DNA of 64,000 nucleotides from a virus: IMG/VR virus record IMGVR_UViG_3300025102_000018, positions 1 to 64,000 of that record; one strand, 5' to 3'. Shown piece by piece: positions 57,787 to 64,000 of this stretch (position 1 is its first letter; each line of letters starts with the position of its first letter). The notes under the pieces were generated by a model. It saw only the letters and a program-made list of their open reading frames with translations, ran no database searches and was not told where the DNA came from. The position numbers and the translations under genes were made by a program.

Positions 57787-58155
57787 ATGAAAACAATAAT
57801 TTGTGATATAGATGGTACTTTAGTTACTTACAAAAAAGATACTCTAGGGATAGTAAAAACCCCCCATGATGTGTTACCTGGTGTAATAGAACATATGAAT
57901 AGATGGGAAAATGAGGGGTGTAAGATAATTCTTATGACTGGAAGAAGAGAAAATCTTAGAAAAATAACCGAAGAAGAAATCACTAAATTAGGAATCCCTT
58001 TCGACCAACTAATTATGGGATGTGCAGACTCAGGTAGGGTTTTAATAAATGATGAAGGAAGTAAAGTAAAAGCACATTCCGTTTCTTTACCTAGAGATAA
58101 AGGATTTAAAGATTATGATTGGAGAGAAGTTGGACTTACAAAATTAAAATTATGA
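57787..58155 (+). CDS. HAD-superfamily phosphatase
   Basis: IICDIDGTL, LMTGR, FDQLIMG, LINDE. Confidence 0.75.
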   Translation: MKTIICDIDGTLVTYKKDTLGIVKTPHDVLPGVIEHMNRWENEGCKIILMTGRRENLRKITEEEITKLGIPFDQLIMGCADSGRVLINDEGSKVKAHSVSLPRDKGFKDYDWREVGLTKLKL

Positions 58156-58361
58156 CAGAAAAAGAATTTGTATATTGGTTAAGAGGGATAGTGGACTCAA
58201 CAGAGTTTATGCCTACTAAAAAAACTTGGGATACTATTCAGGATAAGTTAAAAGAAGTGGAATCTAGTGATGAAGGTTCGTATAGGCAACCACCTTATGT
58301 GGTAATAAACCCTTACAAACCATCTGACACACCAGGTACACCACCACAAATCTTGTGTTAA
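58152..58361 (+). CDS. Hypothetical protein
   Basis: MTEKEFVYWLRG start overlaps the upstream stop (ATGA). Confidence 0.5.
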   Translation: MTEKEFVYWLRGIVDSTEFMPTKKTWDTIQDKLKEVESSDEGSYRQPPYVVINPYKPSDTPGTPPQILC

Positions 58362-58373
58362 ATAAAAAATTTG

Positions 58374-58381
58374 TATATTTG
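58374..58381 (+). promoter_or_regulatory. Bacteroidota-type -7 box TATATTTG ahead of the tRNAs
   Basis: TAnnTTTG ending 4 nt before tRNA-Arg. Confidence 0.55.
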
Positions 58382-58385
58382 TCCT

Positions 58386-58459
58386 GGACCAGTAGCTCAG
58401 CTGGATAGAGCATCAGCCTTCTAAGCTGACGGTCGAAGGTTCGAATCCTTCCTGGTTCA
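58386..58459 (+). tRNA. tRNA-Arg(UCU)
   Basis: GGACCAG/CTGGTTC acceptor, GCTC/GAGC D stem, TCAGC-CTTCTAA-GCTGA, GAAGG-TTCGAAT-CCTTC; no encoded CCA. Confidence 0.95.
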
Positions 58460-58475
58460 CTAAAAATAAAAATAT

Positions 58476-58550
58476 GCGGGTGTAGCTTAATTAGTTAAAG
58501 TGACCTACATTCCAGTAGGTAGACGGTGGTTCGTAATCCACCCACCCGCT
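58476..58550 (+). tRNA. tRNA-Gly(UCC)-like with non-canonical anticodon and T loops
   Basis: GCGGGTG/CACCCGC-T acceptor; ACCTA-CATTCCAG-TAGGT; GGTGG-TTCGTAAT-CCACC. Confidence 0.75.
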
Positions 58551-58566
58551 CTAATACTTAAAAATT

Positions 58567-58827
58567 ATGGGAAGAGTAAAAACACATGGAAAAGTAGAAA
58601 GACAAAAATCTGCTACAGAAAGACAAAAACTATATGATTCATTAACAATTCAGGAAAAACTAGACAAGTTACCTCCAGAAGGAGCAAAAAAGCAAAGAGT
58701 AAAGTTAGAGTACCAGTTAAAGTTTGGAAGAAAAACTAATGAAGCATCAACTCCATCGGCCACAAAAAAACGAAAAGACGCAAAACCATCGCGAAAAGAA
58801 AGATGGGAGACTCGTCAAAAAAATTAG
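58567..58827 (+). CDS. Small basic protein
   Basis: 86 aa, K/R-rich. Confidence 0.55.
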   Translation: MGRVKTHGKVERQKSATERQKLYDSLTIQEKLDKLPPEGAKKQRVKLEYQLKFGRKTNEASTPSATKKRKDAKPSRKERWETRQKN

Positions 58828-58837
58828 GGATAGGGGC

Positions 58838-58865
58838 TTGACAGGTGTAGTTTTTTATGTACTAT
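58838..58865 (+). promoter_or_regulatory. Sigma70-like promoter TTGACA-N16-TACTAT
   Basis: Perfect -35 and near-consensus -10 in the intergenic region before the TROVE-like gene. Confidence 0.45.
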
Positions 58866-58897
58866 TATATATCGTTTAACATTTAAAAATATTAATC

Positions 58898-60331
58898 ATG
58901 AACTTAATTGACGCTTTACAAATAAAAGATGCTGTGACAGAAAACGGAATGTCAACCAATTCGTCCCCACTGAATCAGTGTGTTAATCTATTCTTCCAAA
59001 TCGGAGCGATGAGGGGAGTAGATAAAAAAAGGTTATTTACCAAAGTTTCTAAAGCGTTCAATGAAGACCCTCTCACAACAATAAAAATTATATTTTGGGC
59101 ACGTGATGTCCGTGGTGGAGCTGGTGAGAGACAAATCTTCAGAGATTGTTTATCATGGTTATGTGACAACCATAAAGAAGTTCTACATAATAATATTCAC
59201 CTAATTAGTGAATATGGTAGATGGGATGATGTGCTTACGTTGGTAGGTACTCAAAATTGTTGGGATTCCGCGTTAGATATAGTTAAAACTGCTTTAGATA
59301 ATAAAGATAGTTTATGTGCTAAATGGATGCCAAGAAAAGGACCAAAAGCGAATATTATTCGTAGGTACCTTAAGTTATCCCCAAAACAATACCGTAAGTT
59401 ATTAGTGGGACTTACTAATGTGGTTGAAACCAAGATGTGTGCAAAGGACTGGAAAAGTATCGATTATTCGAAACTTCCATCCTTGGCCTCGTCGAGGTAC
59501 CAAAAAACTTTCATGAAAAATGATGAAAGTAGATATGAAACGTACAAACAAGCATTAGTTGATGGTGAAACAAAAATTAATGCAGCAGCGGTATACCCTT
59601 ACGATATTATAAAATCTATTAGTCATGGTGGTGAAAAAGTTGTTGCACAGGCACAATGGGACTCACTTCCAAATTATATGGAAGGAATTAGTCAAAGGGT
59701 GTTACCTGTAGTTGATGTATCAGGTTCAATGACCACTCCAGCAGGGAATAACGGTAACGTTACCTGTATGGATGTATCAACATCATTGGGCATGTATATC
59801 TCAGAGAGAAATGAAGGTGTCTTCAAAAACGCATTCATAACATTCTCTTCTAAACCACAACTACAATTACTTGAAGGTTCTTTAACCGATAGGTTAATCC
59901 AACTGGAGAGAGCAGACTGGGGAATGAATACTGATTTACAAGCAACGTTTAAGTTAATCTTGGACCAAGCAGTAAAACATAATGTTCCAGTATCCGAGAT
60001 GCCAACCAAAGTTCTTATCCTTTCGGATATGGAGTTTGATTCAGCAATCAGTGGAAACTGGGATAGTGTAACAGACTGGAACCCAACTGCACAAGAAATG
60101 ATTAAAGGGATGTATGAGGAAGCTGGTTACGAAATGCCAGGGATTGTTTATTGGAATATCCAAAGCAGACAAGACAATGTACCAACTCGTTTCGATGAGA
60201 TGGGAACGGCATTAGTATCCGGGTTCTCACCCTCAATCATGAAAAGTATCTTAAGTTGTCAGGATATGACACCTTATAATATGATGATGGAGACTATCGG
60301 GTCCGCTCGATATGAACCAATTACGGTCTGA
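58898..60331 (+). CDS. TROVE/vWA Ro60-like protein (DUF2828-type)
   Basis: TENG, FWARDVRGGAGER, EYGRWDD, AKWMPR, vWA MIDAS VVDVSGSM, FITFSS, WGMNTD, LSDMEFD, VYWN, LVSGFSPS. Confidence 0.8.
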   Translation: MNLIDALQIKDAVTENGMSTNSSPLNQCVNLFFQIGAMRGVDKKRLFTKVSKAFNEDPLTTIKIIFWARDVRGGAGERQIFRDCLSWLCDNHKEVLHNNIHLISEYGRWDDVLTLVGTQNCWDSALDIVKTALDNKDSLCAKWMPRKGPKANIIRRYLKLSPKQYRKLLVGLTNVVETKMCAKDWKSIDYSKLPSLASSRYQKTFMKNDESRYETYKQALVDGETKINAAAVYPYDIIKSISHGGEKVVAQAQWDSLPNYMEGISQRVLPVVDVSGSMTTPAGNNGNVTCMDVSTSLGMYISERNEGVFKNAFITFSSKPQLQLLEGSLTDRLIQLERADWGMNTDLQATFKLILDQAVKHNVPVSEMPTKVLILSDMEFDSAISGNWDSVTDWNPTAQEMIKGMYEEAGYEMPGIVYWNIQSRQDNVPTRFDEMGTALVSGFSPSIMKSILSCQDMTPYNMMMETIGSARYEPITV

Positions 60332-60332
60332 C

Positions 60333-60482
60333 GGGTAGACCAAAGAATCTCTTCGGCAACTTAAAACAAAACCAAGAGAGAGAGGTGGATATTGTTCCCC
60401 ACCTTGTTGAATAAATAAATTAGGGACATTTAGTCTCCGAAATCCTAAATAAAAAAGATTTTACAAATGATTCTGACTACCC
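60333..60482 (+). ncRNA. Putative structured RNA, unit 1 (Y-RNA-like, paired termini)
   Basis: GGGTAG/CTACCC and AGAATC/GATTCT closing helices with an internal bulge; TTCGGCAA motif; internal hairpins. Confidence 0.5.
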
Positions 60483-60524
60483 ATAAGACTAGACTTTACT
60501 TCGCCCACCGGCGATTTACATATG

Positions 60525-60583
60525 AAAGGAAGGCTACAGCAATCTTAATTGTAACCAAAATCAAACAAAAACCCCCTTCCTGA
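60525..60583 (+). ncRNA. Putative structured RNA, unit 2
   Basis: AGGAAGG/CCTTCCT helix; CTACAGCAA motif; same AAAG...CTGA flanks as unit 1. Confidence 0.5.
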
Positions 60584-60584
60584 G

Positions 60585-60615
60585 ACCCCCTAACTGAGAA
60601 GTTTGGGGGTTTTTT
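60585..60615 (+). terminator. Intrinsic terminator
   Basis: ACCCCC-TAAC-TGAGAA-GTTT-GGGGGT followed by a T tract. Confidence 0.75.
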
Positions 60616-60692
60616 ATTGATAATACTGTTTTTTTATAGTATTTTTGTATAGAAATGAAAAGTAGAAGTATATTTATAATAAAATAATTTTT

Positions 60693-60947
60693 ATGGCACG
60701 ATTAACCAACGAACAGATACATAGTGAGATTAAACTAGTAAAAAAAGATGTAGTTTATCTTAAAGAAGGACAAGTTAAGATGCAAGAAGACCTTACTATG
60801 ATTAAAAAAGTATTATTAGACCCTGATAAGGGTGCTATCGCGAGAGTTAATCGTAATACAGATTTTAGAAAAAAAGCAAATGCCGCATTATGGTCCGTTT
60901 GGATAGCTTTAATAGGTGTAATTGCTAAATTAATATTTTGGGATTAA
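60693..60947 (+). CDS. Coiled-coil protein with C-terminal TM (late)
   Basis: ATATTTAT at 60670; ALWSVWIALIGVIAKLIFW. Confidence 0.55.
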   Translation: MARLTNEQIHSEIKLVKKDVVYLKEGQVKMQEDLTMIKKVLLDPDKGAIARVNRNTDFRKKANAALWSVWIALIGVIAKLIFWD

Positions 60948-60986
60948 AGTTTAATATGTCGAAAGACAATCAAACACCTTTAAATT

Positions 60987-61208
60987 ATGACAACGAAACA
61001 AGTAGTTTCTAACTTACAAGGCAAGATTCAAAAAATTAAGAAAGAACTCGAGATAATCCAAGATAATTGTAAACACCCTACTACTATTGCTAAGTTTGAT
61101 AAGAAAAATTCTGTACGTTTATTTTGTGTAGAATGTGATAAAGAAGTCGGAATGCCTTCAGAAACACAACTAAAAGAATTTTTAAATACTGGAAAAGAAA
61201 AAAATTAA
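60987..61208 (+). CDS. Small Zn-ribbon-like protein
   Basis: CKH...CVEC. Confidence 0.5.
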   Translation: MTTKQVVSNLQGKIQKIKKELEIIQDNCKHPTTIAKFDKKNSVRLFCVECDKEVGMPSETQLKEFLNTGKEKN

Positions 61209-61258
61209 ATGGAAAAAATTGTTGATAAACTAAATGAATTATGGGATGATTTCATAGA

Positions 61259-61561
61259 TTGGGTAACAGAGTTATGGGATTAAAATATAAAAATAAATAT
61301 TTTCGAGAAGTTTTAGAGAGGGATTTAAAAGAACAAGGCTTGGGTGTTAATATCCATTGTAAAGAAGATGCCATCTATTTCACGATACCTCCCTATCCAG
61401 ACACCGCCAATAAATTTCCCCGTATTTACCACAACTGGAAAACAAAATCTCTAGTCACAAAAATAAAAAAATTAGTAAATAATTATAACATCGATGTAAC
61501 CCCTAATGAAACTATTTATAAGGATAACAGAAAAATAAAATTAAAAATAAATGAAGAATAA
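61259..61561 (+). CDS. Hypothetical protein
   Basis: About 95-100 aa; start uncertain. Confidence 0.4.
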   Translation: MGNRVMGLKYKNKYFREVLERDLKEQGLGVNIHCKEDAIYFTIPPYPDTANKFPRIYHNWKTKSLVTKIKKLVNNYNIDVTPNETIYKDNRKIKLKINEE

Positions 61562-61763
61562 ATATGATTTATGGATTTATCTTAGTATATTCTCAATATT
61601 CTTTTTAATTTTTATGAGTATAGGTTGGGTCGCATCTTCATTAATGTGGTTAATTACTGGGGACATGATTAGTAGAACAGACTTTTTTCTACTAACTCTA
61701 TCAATCAACATTTTATTTTTTTTATTTATCATCGTTAACACTCTACTACAAAAAAAATCCTAA
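61551..61763 (+). CDS. Small two-TM membrane protein
   Basis: Hydrophobic 70 aa. Confidence 0.5.
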   Translation: MKNKYDLWIYLSIFSIFFLIFMSIGWVASSLMWLITGDMISRTDFFLLTLSINILFFLFIIVNTLLQKKS

Positions 61764-61791
61764 AAAAGTTTGTAATTCCAATTTACTTTAT

Positions 61792-61799
61792 TATATTTG
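61792..61799 (+). promoter_or_regulatory. Bacteroidota-type -7 box TATATTTG
   Basis: Upstream TTTG at 61769-61772; precedes the DUF932 gene. Confidence 0.6.
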
Positions 61800-61833
61800 T
61801 ACTATAGAAATTTAATAATTAAAAAAGACAAAC

Positions 61834-62613
61834 ATGAGTACATTAGTAAAACCCCTAACACAAGCAGAATTACAAGAAAAAGCCCCTTCTATTTACACAA
61901 CACAACCTTCTTATAAAGTATCGGATAAATACAGTTTTATACCTACTACTACAATTCTAGAAGACCTAGATAAACTAGGTTGGCAACCATATCAAGCAAT
62001 GCAAAGAAAATCTAGAGCAGAACAAGATATGTTATTCACTAAACATATGATACGATTAAGAAACAATAGTATAGGACAACTAGGTGACTCTATCCCAGAA
62101 ATAATTCTTACTAATTCTCATGATGGAAGAAACTCGTTTAACCTTCACGCAGGACTATTCAGACTTGTATGTTCAAATGGACTAGTAATAGCAGATACTA
62201 CATTTGACGAGGTAAAAATTAAACACCAATGGTATAGCATGGATGAGATAGAAAAAGTAATCAACACTATGGTGGGTAATATCCCTTCTATCGTAACTAA
62301 TGTCAACAGAATGGACCAAACTGAATTAACAGATTCACAACAAATAGAGTTTGGTAAAAAAGCTATGTTAACTAGATGGGCCAAGGGTAATGAAGCTTTA
62401 GATATTGATGATTTAGTACAAGCAAATAGAGTTGCGGATAGAGGGAATTCGGTATGGAAAGTTTATAATGTAGTACAAGAAAAACTAGTTAAAGGTGGTC
62501 TAGTCTTTAACAACGACAAAGAAAAAATGCAAAAACTAAGACCTATTGTTAACATCGACCAACAAATTAAGATTAATCAAAATCTTTGGTCTTTAGCCGA
62601 GTCTTACATTTAA
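61834..62613 (+). CDS. DUF932-family protein
   Basis: SDKYSFIPT, KHMIRLR, EIILTNSHDG, AGLFRLVCSNGL, WKVYNVVQE. Confidence 0.85.
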   Translation: MSTLVKPLTQAELQEKAPSIYTTQPSYKVSDKYSFIPTTTILEDLDKLGWQPYQAMQRKSRAEQDMLFTKHMIRLRNNSIGQLGDSIPEIILTNSHDGRNSFNLHAGLFRLVCSNGLVIADTTFDEVKIKHQWYSMDEIEKVINTMVGNIPSIVTNVNRMDQTELTDSQQIEFGKKAMLTRWAKGNEALDIDDLVQANRVADRGNSVWKVYNVVQEKLVKGGLVFNNDKEKMQKLRPIVNIDQQIKINQNLWSLAESYI

Positions 62614-62625
62614 TTAATCATTAAT

Positions 62626-62649
62626 AAAGAGGGGTTATCCCCTCTTTTT
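62626..62649 (+). terminator. Intrinsic terminator (possibly bidirectional)
   Basis: AAAGAGGGG-TTAT-CCCCTCTTT-TT. Confidence 0.8.
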
Positions 62650-62655
62650 ATACCT

Positions 62656-64000
62656 ATGGAAAAAATTATAGCAAAATATAAATTTGAGTTTTTTGCTGTG
62701 GACACTTATAAAAATTATAATAGATGGCCAAGGGAAGAACAAAGAACCATACAAGATTTTTTACCCAAAGAAGGTAGAGAAGAAACTTCATGGTTTAATA
62801 TGTCACCTCGTTGGGAAGAACCAGAAGGAAAGCTTTTTACATTAGACAAAAGACAAGGTTATGTTAGTGAAGAATATTGGAAAAAACAATCTTTTAATTT
62901 ACTAGTACACGCCTTGGTGAGGAGAGTGACTATAGTGTTAAGTAAGAATGAAAAAAAGAATCAGATTAAACTATCGGTTTTTGGTTTTATGAAAGGTAAA
63001 AAAACTGGTAAAAAATATTATTGGAAAACATCGGATAATATTCACCTTTCATTTAATACAAAAATTAATGATTTTTTTGTTATAACACAAACAAAAAGAG
63101 GGGTTAGATGGAATAATAGTATTACAAGAAATAATTTTAAGGGAATAACTAAACAACTACTTACCCTTCCAGGGATTATAGAAGGACTATTACTAGTTGA
63201 TGATAGGGAAAAGTTTGAAGAATATAGAGAAGATATAGGAAATGCATGGCAAGACATTCTAATTAAATTACAAGAAGAATTATGCATCCCTAACGAATGG
63301 GTAAAAACCAAGTTTCCAACTAATATCACCAGACATATAGTATTTCCCTGGTTTTTATCAAAAAAACAGATAAAGTTACCTAATAACTGGAGAGAGTTAA
63401 TACAAAACCATTATCCAGGTATAAGAAAACTTAGGAAATACAAAATGAATTTAGGGAAAGCAATATTACACCATAGAGAAGTGTATTCTAAGTATAGTAA
63501 TAAACTTTTGAATACTATGAAAGATTTTAATATATGGACCTATAAAATATTTTTTGATACTTTTGGAAGACATGGCATTAAAAAACTTTCTGTATCTTTA
63601 TTTGAAAAAGAAGAAAGTTACATTAACATGTCCGAAGGTATAATCAACAAACTAACACCATTAGAAAAAGATAATCTTATTAGTTTGTTTAATAAAACAT
63701 TAACAGAGGACCTTCAGTTTAATGATATCAATGACCATGTAAATCTTAAAGAAAGACTTTCTCACAAGGGAATAAAAGTAAAATTAAATTCTACAAACCA
63801 AGAAGAATTTGATAGAGAACATTTAGATTGGTCAACTCAACTGGCGGAAGTACAACGCACTAAAGAGATTACCTATACATATAATCCTTTGTTTATTGAA
63901 GAAGTAGAAAAACCCATAAAATGTAACGGAAGTATCTATAAACCCTATATTCTAAAAACGGATATAGACTATAATGAAGAAGGGACTTATCAGAGACACT
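62656..64000 (+). CDS. PcfJ-like domain protein, 3'-truncated (absent from the ORF track)
   Basis: Open frame from ATG 62656 to the window end; finishes EHLDWS...LKTDIDYNEEGTYQRH, the start of a PcfJ-type EG..Q.HC motif. Confidence 0.6.
   Translation, partial: MEKIIAKYKFEFFAVDTYKNYNRWPREEQRTIQDFLPKEGREETSWFNMSPRWEEPEGKLFTLDKRQGYVSEEYWKKQSFNLLVHALVRRVTIVLSKNEKKNQIKLSVFGFMKGKKTGKKYYWKTSDNIHLSFNTKINDFFVITQTKRGVRWNNSITRNNFKGITKQLLTLPGIIEGLLLVDDREKFEEYREDIGNAWQDILIKLQEELCIPNEWVKTKFPTNITRHIVFPWFLSKKQIKLPNNWRELIQNHYPGIRKLRKYKMNLGKAILHHREVYSKYSNKLLNTMKDFNIWTYKIFFDTFGRHGIKKLSVSLFEKEESYINMSEGIINKLTPLEKDNLISLFNKTLTEDLQFNDINDHVNLKERLSHKGIKVKLNSTNQEEFDREHLDWSTQLAEVQRTKEITYTYNPLFIEEVEKPIKCNGSIYKPYILKTDIDYNEEGTYQRH

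Noticed and set aside
60333-60583. Third tRNA, tmRNA or known riboswitch
   Set aside because: No cloverleaf, T-loop or recognisable aptamer consensus; it lies 3' of the gene before a terminator, so it is kept only as a novel RNA candidate
2237-63329. Many 60-117 aa ORFs nested in or antisense to long genes (e.g. 4156, 8190, 27316, 29074, 51731, 55201, 59692, 63042)
   Set aside because: Fully overlap well-supported genes, with no motifs or own expression signals
1-64000. Stop-codon reassignment as in some large phages
   Set aside because: Genes are full length in the standard code; TAA, TAG and TGA all end genes at sensible positions; no suppressor tRNA seen
1-64000. Introns, inteins, transposases, integrase, reverse transcriptase/DGR
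   Set aside because: No interrupted conserved genes or diagnostic motifs seen

Overview
AT-rich, gene-dense 64 kb segment of a large tailed dsDNA phage (jumbo-phage-like), standard genetic code. The host is most likely Bacteroidota/Flavobacteriia: TAnnTTTG promoters, A-rich leaders without Shine-Dalgarno, T9SS-like C-terminal domains and a short RpoD-type sigma factor. Layout: 1-21.3 kb, virion tail/baseplate/fibre module. 21.4-29.4 kb, replication and recombination (RuvC-like resolvase, primase, PD-(D/E)XK exonuclease, SbcD/SbcC). 31-41 kb, sigma factor, amidase, membrane genes, an island of mostly secreted proteins and probable internal head proteins. 41-58 kb, accessory and metabolic genes (Hc1-like, DnaJ, DruA-like, LRR protein, RmlA, cyclophilin, cysteine synthase, PMM, cupins, lysozyme, DHH, GlnII). 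58-64 kb, two tRNAs, a TROVE/vWA (Ro60-like, DUF2828-type) gene followed by two related structured RNA elements, DUF932 and a truncated PcfJ-like gene. Most interesting signals: (1) a Ro-like protein with adjacent Y-RNA-like repeated elements next to an aberrant tRNA-Gly; (2) an ATATTTAT late regulon in which unrelated enzymes carry a shared 'KIII.E.Q...L.E' leader, a candidate capsid-loading and protease-cleavage tag; (3) strong [ST][GA]x[TS] enrichment restricted to tail proteins, a candidate glycosylation sequon; (4) an island with an unannotated 22-aa 9-Cys metallothionein-like peptide, a VapA/B-like protein, a T9SS-cargo redoxin and a GH7-like lipoprotein. All family calls come from motif recognition by eye; no database searches were run.
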